From positions 5,510-69,509 of the forward strand of contig JAZSIK010000024.1 in the NCBI GenBank assembly GCA_045533775.1: a stretch of DNA of 64,000 nt, given 5' to 3'. The number at the start of each line of letters is the position of its first letter. Position 1 is the stretch's first letter. This stretch comes from Eubacteriales bacterium (GTDB taxonomy: Bacteria; Bacillota; Clostridia; Oscillospirales; CAG-272). This document shows, in pieces, positions 35,156-42,748 of the stretch. The position numbers were made by a program, and so were the translations under genes. The notes under the pieces are model-generated. The model had not been told where the DNA came from and did no database searches. It saw only the letters and a program-made list of their open reading frames with translations.

Positions 35156-35210
35156 GGGCGGTTTGATTAGTCAAATCGTCCTTTACTTTCCCACTTTTTT
35201 GTGCTACAAT
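35156..35210 (+). promoter_or_regulatory. Cassette junction module 4 (type-1 hairpin plus promoter variant)
   Basis: Same hairpin as 33651-33676, then TTTACT (35182-35187), 17-nt spacer, TGcTACAAT (35202-35210). Confidence 0.65.
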
Positions 35211-35305
35211 AGAATTGCTACCCGAAATCCGACAGTTTTTATAGAAAAAAGTCGGGAAAAAGTCTTTTGTTTATGCTACGATAGATGCAAACAGAGGTGA
35301 TAATA

Positions 35306-36160
35306 ATGAATGTTTTAGAGAGTATGAATGCTACAATTGAATACATTGAGGAGCATCTTCTGGACGAGCTTCATATATCTGACATTGCTGCAGCAAAAGG
35401 CAATCTTGAGAGCGATATTCAAAGGACCTTTTACGCTCTCACAGGCATATCCATTGTAGAATATATGCGTAGGCGAAGGCTTTCCCTTGCCGGTTATGAG
35501 CTTCAAAAGGGTGGTCAAACCGTGCTTGATGTGGCATTAAAGTATGGCTACAACTCGCCCGACTCATTTGCTCGCGCATTCAGACAGATGCACGGCATTA
35601 CGCCATCAGCGGTGAAACGCGGCGGCGCTCTTTTGAAATCCTATGGAAAAATCACCTTTGTATTAACAATCAAAGGAGTAAATGCAATGAATTACAGAAT
35701 TGTAAAAAAGGACGAAATGCACATCATAGGCTTCAAAAAATGGTTCTCAACCGAAAACGACAGTCAGATGACCGAGATACCAAAGATGTGGGACTCCGTT
35801 ACAGATGAGATGAGAGAGCAGATCACATCTCTTAGTAACAACGATGGCGTTGTGGGATTATGCGCGGATATGTATAACGGCGGATTTGATTATTGGATTG
35901 GCTGTATGTCCGATAAAGTCTGCCCCGACAATCTTGAAGAAATCACGATCCCCGCATCCGACTGGGCGGTATTTGAGATCATAGGGTCAATGCGTCCTCT
36001 CCCAAATCCTATGCAGGATATCTGGAAGCGTATTTACTCCGAGTGGCTGCCCAATTCGGGCTATAAGCACGCAATGATCCCGGAGATTGAATATTATTCC
36101 GCAGGAGATATGCTGGCAGATAATTACAGAAGCGAGATCTGGATTCCTATAAAGAAATAA
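35306..36160 (+). CDS. AraC family transcriptional regulator with GyrI-like effector-binding domain
   Basis: ORF track 35285..36160; ATG 35306 follows AGAGGTGA. HTH region YNSPDSFARAFRQMHGITPS, then a GyrI-like (SOUL/Rob-type) C-terminal half. Confidence 0.88.
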   Translation: MNVLESMNATIEYIEEHLLDELHISDIAAAKGNLESDIQRTFYALTGISIVEYMRRRRLSLAGYELQKGGQTVLDVALKYGYNSPDSFARAFRQMHGITPSAVKRGGALLKSYGKITFVLTIKGVNAMNYRIVKKDEMHIIGFKKWFSTENDSQMTEIPKMWDSVTDEMREQITSLSNNDGVVGLCADMYNGGFDYWIGCMSDKVCPDNLEEITIPASDWAVFEIIGSMRPLPNPMQDIWKRIYSEWLPNSGYKHAMIPEIEYYSAGDMLADNYRSEIWIPIKK

Positions 36161-36167
36161 ACAACAA

Positions 36168-36190
36168 GGCGGCTCCAAAAACGAGCCGCC
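36168..36190 (+). repeat. Type-2 hairpin, second copy (no T-tract, no promoter module)
   Basis: GGCGGCTC-caaaaac-GAGCCGCC. 36163-36193 matches 34343-34373 apart from 3 substitutions (one of them the GGATC vs GGCTC difference within the hairpin arm). Confidence 0.7.
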
Positions 36191-36251
36191 CTATGGAGCT
36201 ATCCGGTTGCAAATGGGCGGCGCACGATGGCCAGCAGCCCGATTGAGAATA

Positions 36252-36282
36252 GGACCGCGAGAAATTCGCGGTCTTATTTTTT
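36252..36282 (+). terminator. Rho-independent terminator
   Basis: GACCGCGA-gaaat-TCGCGGTC hairpin followed by TTATTTTTT. Confidence 0.8.
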
Positions 36283-36302
36283 AATAAAAAGCGCTTTTGG
36301 TG

Positions 36303-36331
36303 TTGAAAAAAAGCTTGCTTTATAGTATAAT
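36303..36331 (+). promoter_or_regulatory. Promoter of nfnAB-like operon
   Basis: TTGAAA (36303-36308), 17-nt spacer, TATAAT (36326-36331). Confidence 0.6.
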
Positions 36332-36410
36332 ATAAAAGATATTATTTTTTCACACAAGGTTGATTGACAAAGACATATGTTTTGTAAATCAATCGGTAGA
36401 AAGAGGCAAA

Positions 36411-37271
36411 ATGTACAGAATAGTTAATAATAAAATACTTAATCCAACCGTCGTAATGATGGATATTGAGGCGCCCCTCGTTGCAAAGAAAGCAGAGGCT
36501 GGTCAGTTCATTATTCTCCGCGTAGACGAGGCGGGCGAGCGTATTCCCCTCACCGTTGCGGGCTATGACAGAGAGGCTGGAACCGTAAAAATCATTTTCC
36601 AGATCGTTGGCTCCACCACAAAGAAGCTCGGCCAAAAGCGGGAGGGCGAATATATACAGGATTTTGCAGGCCCCCTCGGTCTGCCCACACACCTTGACGG
36701 ACTTGGTGATGTATGTATCGTAGGCGGCGGCGTTGGTTGTGCCATTGCGCTCCCCGTTGCCCAGGCACTGAAGGCGAGAGGCGCTAAGGTGACCTCCATT
36801 ATCGGATTCAGAAGCTCGGATCTCGTTATCCTTGAGGATGAATTCGCGGCTTGCTCGGATGAGCTTGTTGTTATGACTGACGACGGCAGCTACGGTAGAC
36901 AGGGAAATGTAACCCTGCCTCTCAAGGAGATGCTCGCCGAGCGTAAGTTTGATAAGGTTATTACCATAGGACCTTTGATTATGATGAAGTTTGTTGTTGA
37001 GACTGTTCGCCCCACAGGCATCCCCTGTGATGTATCTATGAATCCTATTATGATAGACGGCACGGGTATGTGTGGTGGCTGCCGACTCACTCTCAATGTA
37101 GACGGCAAGCGCGTTACCAAGTTTGCCTGTGTTGACGGTCCTGACTTTGACGGATATCAGGTTGATTTTGATGAGGCTATGATGCGCGGCGGTGCGTATC
37201 GCGGCTTTGAGCGCCACGCATATGAGGAGACCTGCAATCTCTTTAAGAAGGGAGAGGACAACAATGGCTAA
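36411..37271 (+). CDS. nfnA: Sulfide/dihydroorotate dehydrogenase-like FAD/NAD-binding protein (NfnA-like, ferredoxin:NADP oxidoreductase small subunit)
   Basis: ORF track 36360..37271; ATG 36411 follows AAGAGG. Ferredoxin-reductase-type fold (RIPLTVAGYD) and C-terminal 2Fe-2S cysteines (MCGGCRLT...FACVDGP). Confidence 0.82.
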   Translation: MYRIVNNKILNPTVVMMDIEAPLVAKKAEAGQFIILRVDEAGERIPLTVAGYDREAGTVKIIFQIVGSTTKKLGQKREGEYIQDFAGPLGLPTHLDGLGDVCIVGGGVGCAIALPVAQALKARGAKVTSIIGFRSSDLVILEDEFAACSDELVVMTDDGSYGRQGNVTLPLKEMLAERKFDKVITIGPLIMMKFVVETVRPTGIPCDVSMNPIMIDGTGMCGGCRLTLNVDGKRVTKFACVDGPDFDGYQVDFDEAMMRGGAYRGFERHAYEETCNLFKKGEDNNG

Positions 37272-38679
37272 GGCAAATATGTCACTTAAGAAAAACGAGA
37301 TGCCCACGCAGGACGCTCTCGTTCGCGCACACAATTTCTCCGAGGTTGCTCTCGGATACGATGAGGCAACCGCAATAGATGAGGCACTCCGCTGCCTGAA
37401 CTGTAAGAATATGCCCTGTGTTAACGGCTGCCCCGTTAACATTCACATTCCCGAGTTTATCTCCAAGATCAAGGAGGGCGACTTTGAGGCAGCCTATCAG
37501 GTGATTGCAAAAAGCTCCACTCTCCCCGCAGTATGCGGCAGAGTTTGTCCCCAGGAGACCCAGTGCGAAAAGCTCTGTGTAAGAGGCATCAAGGGTGAGC
37601 CCGTCGGCATTGGCAGACTTGAGAGATTCGTTGCCGATTGGCACAACGCACATAGTGATGCGACCCCCGAGTGCCTTGCTCCAAATGGACATAAGGTTGC
37701 TGTAGTTGGCTCGGGTCCCTCCGGACTTACCTGCGCCGGCGATCTGGCAAAGGCAGGCTATTCCGTAACCGTATACGAGGCTCTTCATACCGCGGGCGGT
37801 GTGCTTGTTTACGGTATCCCCGAGTTCCGTCTGCCTAAGGCGATAGTTCAGAAGGAGGTTGACAATCTGAAGGCTATGGGCGTTCAGCTTGTGACCAATG
37901 TTATCATAGGCAAAACACTTACAGTAGACGAGCTGTTTGATATGGGCTATGAGGCAGTATTCATCGGCTCGGGCGCTGGTCTTCCCAACTTTATGGGTAT
38001 TCCCGGCGAGGAGCTGAAGGGCGTCTACTCGGCAAACGAGTACCTCACCCGCTCCAATCTTATGAAGGCATATCTTGACAACCCCGAGACCCCTATTATG
38101 AAGGGCGGCAAGGTTGCCGTTGTGGGCGGCGGAAATGTGGCTATGGACGCCGCGCGTACCGCACTCCGCCTCGGCGCAGAGAAGGTATATATCGTTTACC
38201 GCCGTTCTATGACCGAGCTCCCCGCAAGGCGTGAGGAGGTTGAACACGCAGAGGAGGAGGGCATTGAGTTCCGTCTGCTCTGTAACCCCACCGAGATCAT
38301 AGGCTATAACAACCCCGACAACCCTCGCGATGAGCGGAACGGCAGCGTTCAGGCTATCAGGTGTATCCGTATGGAGCTTGGTGAGCCCGACGAGCGCGGC
38401 AGACGCCGTCCTGTTGAGGTTCCCGGTAGCGAGTTTACCCTTGATGTTGATGCTGTGGTAATGTCAATAGGCACCTCTCCCAATCCACTTATCAAGTCCA
38501 CCACCGATGGACTTGAGGTCAACCGCTGGGGCGGTATTATCGTCACCGAGGACGGAGCCACCACCAAGGCAGGCGTATACGCAGGCGGAGATGCCGTAAC
38601 AGGCGCCGCAACCGTAATCTCCGCTATGGGTGCCGGCAAGGTAGCCGCAAAGGCGATTGATGAGTATCTTACGAAGTAA
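37264..38679 (+). CDS. nfnB: NADPH-dependent glutamate synthase homotetrameric-type / NfnB-like subunit
   Basis: ORF track 37192..38679; ATG 37264 follows GGAGAGG and overlaps the nfnA stop. Fe-S clusters CLNCKNMPCVNGCP and CGRVCPQETQCEKLC; two Rossmann motifs VVGSGPSG and VVGGGNVAMD. Confidence 0.9.
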   Translation: MAKANMSLKKNEMPTQDALVRAHNFSEVALGYDEATAIDEALRCLNCKNMPCVNGCPVNIHIPEFISKIKEGDFEAAYQVIAKSSTLPAVCGRVCPQETQCEKLCVRGIKGEPVGIGRLERFVADWHNAHSDATPECLAPNGHKVAVVGSGPSGLTCAGDLAKAGYSVTVYEALHTAGGVLVYGIPEFRLPKAIVQKEVDNLKAMGVQLVTNVIIGKTLTVDELFDMGYEAVFIGSGAGLPNFMGIPGEELKGVYSANEYLTRSNLMKAYLDNPETPIMKGGKVAVVGGGNVAMDAARTALRLGAEKVYIVYRRSMTELPARREEVEHAEEEGIEFRLLCNPTEIIGYNNPDNPRDERNGSVQAIRCIRMELGEPDERGRRRPVEVPGSEFTLDVDAVVMSIGTSPNPLIKSTTDGLEVNRWGGIIVTEDGATTKAGVYAGGDAVTGAATVISAMGAGKVAAKAIDEYLTK

Positions 38680-38715
38680 TGCGCCACAGAGCAATTACTA
38701 AAGTTTATAGAATAG

Positions 38716-38780
38716 ATATGACGGTTTGGTTAGTAAAATCAAACCGTCATATTTACATTCGGGGGATTTTGTGATATAAT
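38716..38780 (+). promoter_or_regulatory. Terminator plus promoter module related to the type-1 cassette junction
   Basis: 13-bp perfect hairpin ATATGACGGTTTG / CAAACCGTCATAT whose core CGGTTTGgTTAGTaAAATC resembles the type-1 CGGTTTGaTTAGTcAAATC. Then TTTACA (38752-38757), 17-nt spacer, TGaTATAAT (38772-38780). Confidence 0.65.
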
Positions 38781-38839
38781 AAAGCCGATTAGAAACTAAC
38801 CTATGAGCTTGAAATTGACATAATTTTAGGGAGGGAAAT

Positions 38840-39343
38840 ATGAATATCACAGTTAGACTAACAAAAGAAAACGAAGCACCGGAGTTATGCGAGATACAAA
38901 AAGCGGCGTTCCTCCCCTTATACGAGAAATATCATGACGAAGGGAATCCTTGCCTGAGGGGTGTGGAAGATATCACCAATAGATTAAACTCGGATTTCTT
39001 TCTTAATTTTACTATTTTGGTAGACGGAGAAATTGCGGGTGGCATTCTTTACAGGCGCAAAGGTGGTACACCGTTTTTAGAGTGTTTGGCAGAGGGGCAA
39101 TACTATTTACAAAGAGTCTATATTAAACCTCACATGCAGTGCAGAGGCATTGCACAGACAGCTATTCTCCTTTGTGAGAAAGAACTCCCGGGTGCAAAGC
39201 AAATCTTTGTGGATTTTCCGGAAGATTTGATAAAAAACAGACGATGTTATGAAAAAGTGGGATTTGTTGATACAGGAGATAGATCGTCAGCACATCCGAG
39301 CTTAGTTTTAGCGTCTTATGAAAAAATCTTACATTTTGAATGA
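38840..39343 (+). CDS. GNAT family N-acetyltransferase
   Basis: 167 aa; acetyl-CoA-binding region RVYIKPHMQCRGIAQTAI; AT-rich codon usage; GGGAGGG RBS. Confidence 0.85.
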   Translation: MNITVRLTKENEAPELCEIQKAAFLPLYEKYHDEGNPCLRGVEDITNRLNSDFFLNFTILVDGEIAGGILYRRKGGTPFLECLAEGQYYLQRVYIKPHMQCRGIAQTAILLCEKELPGAKQIFVDFPEDLIKNRRCYEKVGFVDTGDRSSAHPSLVLASYEKILHFE

Positions 39344-39384
39344 CATATTCCAATTTGTTGAGCATAATAATACAGTAAACAGAT

Positions 39385-39415
39385 AGCCACGGCTTCACAC
39401 GAGCCGTGGCTTTTC
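39385..39415 (+). terminator. Rho-independent terminator
   Basis: AGCCACGGCT-tcacacg-AGCCGTGGCT perfect 10-bp stem followed by TTTT. Confidence 0.8.
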
Positions 39416-39465
39416 CGCATCTGCACCTCTAAAAAACTGATTGACAAAGGATTTCATTTTTCTCC

Positions 39466-39494
39466 TTGACACCGGTAATAATAAGTGATAAAAT
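39466..39494 (+). promoter_or_regulatory. Promoter of sdaA
   Basis: TTGACA (39466-39471), 17-nt spacer, TGaTAAAAT (39486-39494). Confidence 0.55.
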
Positions 39495-39536
39495 ATACTT
39501 GTAAAAATATGCAATAATTCTTTTAGGAGAAAACAT

Positions 39537-40748
39537 ATGAAATCCATAAGAGATATATACAAGATAGGCAAGGGCCCTTCCTCATCTCATACCATGGGAC
39601 CTGCAAAGGCTATGAGCATTTATGTTTCCGAGCATCCCGAGGCTGAGAGCTATAAGGTCGTTCTGTTCGGCAGCCTTGCTGACACAGGTGAGGGACACGG
39701 AACCGACAAGGCGCTTTCCTCTGCAACCGACAAGGCGGTTGAGATCATCTTCAATACCACCGACCGCGACCTTCCTCACGAGAACACTATGGATATTTAT
39801 TCGGTGGTTGATGGGGTAGAGCAGAATAAGATGCGCGTTATGAGCATCGGTGGCGGCGATATCAGGATAGAGGGCAGAGCAGAGCTTGATGCTGCGGATG
39901 ATGTTTATCCTCAGTCCAGCTTTACTGCCATTGCTGAATACTGTAAGGCAAATCAGCTTCGCCTGTCAGAGTATGTTTTTCTGAGAGAGGGAGAGAAAAT
40001 ACGCGAGTTTCTTCTTGAGGTCTGGGGCGTTATGAAAAACGCTATTCACGCGGGACTGACTACCTCGGGTATTCTCCCCGGCGGTCTTGAGGTGGAGAGA
40101 AAGGCGCAGTATCTCTACAACCAGCGTCATATTGACGAGAGCCCCGTTACCCGGGAGAACCGTATAGTTTGCTCCTATGCTTATGCGGTCAGCGAGCAGA
40201 ACGCAGACAACGGTACTATTGTTACTGCGCCTACCTGCGGTGCATGTGCCGTTCTTCCCTCGGTGCTTAAATATATGCAGGAGAAGCACAGCTTCTCCGA
40301 TGAGGATATTCTTCGCGCTCTTGCCGTCGCAGGTCTTATCGGTGCTCTTACCAAGACCAACGCGTCTGTCAGCGGAGCGGAGTGTGGATGTCAGGCGGAG
40401 GTTGGTACAGCCTGTTCAATGGCTTCTGCTGCTCTCGGTGAGCTCTTTGAGATGGGTATTGACCAGATAGAATACGCGGCGGAGATCGCCTTTGAGCATC
40501 ATCTCGGACTTACCTGTGATCCAATTTGCGGTCTTGTGCAGATCCCCTGTATTGAGCGTAATGCGGTTGCTGCTATGCGAGCTATAAATGCAGTAAACCT
40601 GGCAAACTTCCTTTCCGGCTCCAGAAAGATCTCGCTTGATATGGTTATCAAGACTATGTATGAGACGGGCAAGGACCTTTCTCACCACTACCGCGAGACC
40701 TCTACGGGAGGCCTTGCAAAGCTCTACGGAGGCAAAAAGAATGGATAA
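39537..40748 (+). CDS. sdaA: L-serine ammonia-lyase, iron-sulfur-dependent (single-chain form)
   Basis: N-terminal IGKGPSSSHTMGP motif; the C-terminal half has conserved Cys (CGACA, ECGCQAEVG, GLTCDP). Confidence 0.87.
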   Translation: MKSIRDIYKIGKGPSSSHTMGPAKAMSIYVSEHPEAESYKVVLFGSLADTGEGHGTDKALSSATDKAVEIIFNTTDRDLPHENTMDIYSVVDGVEQNKMRVMSIGGGDIRIEGRAELDAADDVYPQSSFTAIAEYCKANQLRLSEYVFLREGEKIREFLLEVWGVMKNAIHAGLTTSGILPGGLEVERKAQYLYNQRHIDESPVTRENRIVCSYAYAVSEQNADNGTIVTAPTCGACAVLPSVLKYMQEKHSFSDEDILRALAVAGLIGALTKTNASVSGAECGCQAEVGTACSMASAALGELFEMGIDQIEYAAEIAFEHHLGLTCDPICGLVQIPCIERNAVAAMRAINAVNLANFLSGSRKISLDMVIKTMYETGKDLSHHYRETSTGGLAKLYGGKKNG

Positions 40749-40902
40749 GGCAAAGATAGACAGAATCAACGAGCTCGGCAGAATCGCTAAAGAGCGAGAG
40801 CTTACCTTTGAGGAGCAGCGGGAGAGAGCTGCTTTGCGCAACGAGTATCTTGCATATTTCAGAGCCGAGATTCGCAAGGAAAAAGAGGAGGATAAAAAGT
40901 AA
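40741..40902 (+). CDS. DUF896 (YnzC/UPF0291) family protein
   Basis: 53 aa: MDKAKIDRINELGRIAKERELTFEEQRERAALRNEYLAYFR. Overlaps the sdaA stop. The ORF-track extension back to 40636 is rejected. Confidence 0.75.
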   Translation: MDKAKIDRINELGRIAKERELTFEEQRERAALRNEYLAYFRAEIRKEKEEDKK

Positions 40903-41390
40903 TGGTAAGATGCTGTATATGTGGCAACAATAATCTGCCCGAGGATGCTCCCGTTCTCACTATGGGCGCTACGGGTCACGCCCGTCTGCTCTGTGATGAT
41001 TGCTCCGAGCTTCTTGAGACGGCAACACACGGCAGAGATTTTGATAAAATAAAGTCCGCTATGAATACTCTCGGAACTACTATGGCAAACGGCAATCCCG
41101 ATAGTGCCACCTATTCTATAGTCAGTCAGATTATGGTTGAGGCATCCGATAGAGCAAAGGCGATCAAGGACGGCAGCTATGATTTTGCTCTTGATGAGGA
41201 AGAAAATGAGGAAGGATTTGACGAGATTCCCGATGATCTTCGGGAGAGCGAGGAGGATATTGAGCGCGACAGACGCGACGCGGAGAAAAACAAGCTCTTT
41301 GATAAGATATACAATTGGATCCTTATCGGTGCCTGCATCGGAGTGGGAATATTTGTTATCTGGAAGATCGTTGAGAGATTTTTCCTTTAA
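40902..41390 (+). CDS. Hypothetical tail-anchored protein with N-terminal Cys motif and acidic linker
   Basis: CCICG...CDDC N-terminus, acidic stretch DEEENEEGFDEIPDDLRESEEDIERD, single C-terminal TM (WILIGACIGVGIFVIW). TAATG overlap with the preceding gene. Confidence 0.6.
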   Translation: MVRCCICGNNNLPEDAPVLTMGATGHARLLCDDCSELLETATHGRDFDKIKSAMNTLGTTMANGNPDSATYSIVSQIMVEASDRAKAIKDGSYDFALDEEENEEGFDEIPDDLRESEEDIERDRRDAEKNKLFDKIYNWILIGACIGVGIFVIWKIVERFFL

Positions 41391-41439
41391 TCCATAAGAA
41401 CATATAAAACGCCGACTAATGTGGCGTGATAAATCAGAA

Positions 41440-41475
41440 CTCCCCTGCATAGATTTGTGCAGGGGAGTGTTTTTT
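41440..41475 (+). terminator. Terminator hairpin whose 3-prime arm contains the alsT Shine-Dalgarno
   Basis: CTCCCCTGCA-tagatt-TGCAGGGGAG perfect 10-bp stem, then GTGTTTTTT immediately before ATG 41476. Confidence 0.75.
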
Positions 41476-42732
41476 ATGGATTTCAGATTGATTTTACCTG
41501 TTATTGTAACGCTTTCGGGTATATATTTACTCGTAAAGCTGGGGGCGTTTTTCATTATTCACCCCATAAAAACGGCAAAGGAAATGCTCGGTGCGGTAGG
41601 CGACAGAGCGTCAAGGCGCGCCTTTTTCCTCGCCCTTGCAGGCACGCTTGGCGTGGGAAATATATTCGGAGTATCGGCTGGGATAATTATAGGTGGAGCA
41701 GGCAGCCTTTTCTGGTTGCTTTTTGCCTCGCTTTTCTCTATGGTAATAAAGTATGCCGAGACACTGTTGGTCTTTGACGAAAAAACCGAAGGGGGAGGTA
41801 TGTCCTGCGTTTTACGATCGGTTTTTTGCCGACACGGAGGGGCGCTTTCTGTTGTATATGCGGTGTTGACTCTGTTTCTTTCTCTGTCTATGGGGGCTGC
41901 TATGCAGAGCGTTGCATTTACCGATATGTGCTATGAATCCTACGGCATATCTCCACGTTTTTCTTCTCTTTTCCTGTTTTTGTTGCTACTTCCCGCGTTG
42001 CTTGGAAATGCACGAAAAATAGAGAGTATAACCGAAATTGTCATACCTTTGACAACTATAATTTACATATTAGCCTGTTTTGGCGTCATTTTTACTCATA
42101 TTTCCAGGCTTCCCAATGTGATAAATGATATTTTTTCTTCTGCGTTTAATTTTCGCTCTGCCATCGGAGGTGGGCTGTCCTTCATAGCTTTAAGAGAGGG
42201 ATTTGCCAGAGGTATACTGTCAAATGAGGCCGGGGTGGGTAGCTCGGCTATGGCTCACTCCCGCGCCGAAAATCGCTCGCCTCATATTGCAGGGCTCTTT
42301 GCAATGGGCGAGGTAGTCTTTGACAGCTGCCTTTTATGTATGCTGACAGGAGTTGCAATTCTTCTTGCAGTACCCGATTATAGCTCATTTACCGCCCCGA
42401 TGACGCTTGTCAGTGAAACGTTTTCTTTCTTGCTCGGTGGCGTTGGCAGCCTTGTTTTGCCTGTCGTAATACTTGCCTTTGCTTACTCTACTATAATATG
42501 CTGGTATTATTATGGCAAACAGACCTGCATTTCTCACTTTGGCTTTCTCTCGGAGGTGTTTCCTGTTGCCTTTTCGCTTTTCGTTATCCTTGGCGATGCT
42601 ATTCCCGAGACATTTCTTATCTATTTAATTGACATTTTTCTTCTTTTGATGTCACTTATGACCCTGTCGGCTATTATTGTCCGTACCCCGAGAATAGCAA
42701 GGCTTTGTAAAAACAAAAAATCTCCCGATTAG
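41476..42732 (+). CDS. Alanine/glycine:cation symporter (AGCS) family transporter
   Basis: ORF track 41419..42732 would include the terminator; ATG 41476 chosen. LGVGNIFGVSAGI and NEAGVGSSAMAHS motifs typical of AGCS/AlsT. Confidence 0.83.
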   Translation: MDFRLILPVIVTLSGIYLLVKLGAFFIIHPIKTAKEMLGAVGDRASRRAFFLALAGTLGVGNIFGVSAGIIIGGAGSLFWLLFASLFSMVIKYAETLLVFDEKTEGGGMSCVLRSVFCRHGGALSVVYAVLTLFLSLSMGAAMQSVAFTDMCYESYGISPRFSSLFLFLLLLPALLGNARKIESITEIVIPLTTIIYILACFGVIFTHISRLPNVINDIFSSAFNFRSAIGGGLSFIALREGFARGILSNEAGVGSSAMAHSRAENRSPHIAGLFAMGEVVFDSCLLCMLTGVAILLAVPDYSSFTAPMTLVSETFSFLLGGVGSLVLPVVILAFAYSTIICWYYYGKQTCISHFGFLSEVFPVAFSLFVILGDAIPETFLIYLIDIFLLLMSLMTLSAIIVRTPRIARLCKNKKSPD

Positions 42733-42748
42733 CTCGGGAGATTTTTTT
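42715..42748. terminator. Bidirectional terminator between alsT and hom
   Basis: AAAAAA-TCTCCCGA-ttagc-TCGGGAGA-TTTTTTT. Confidence 0.85.

Noticed and set aside
36193-36246. 17-codon ORF MELSGCKWAAHDGQQPD between the two terminators.
   Set aside because: Its start codon lies immediately after the 3-prime arm of the type-2 hairpin (3 nt downstream). There is no RBS and no supporting features.
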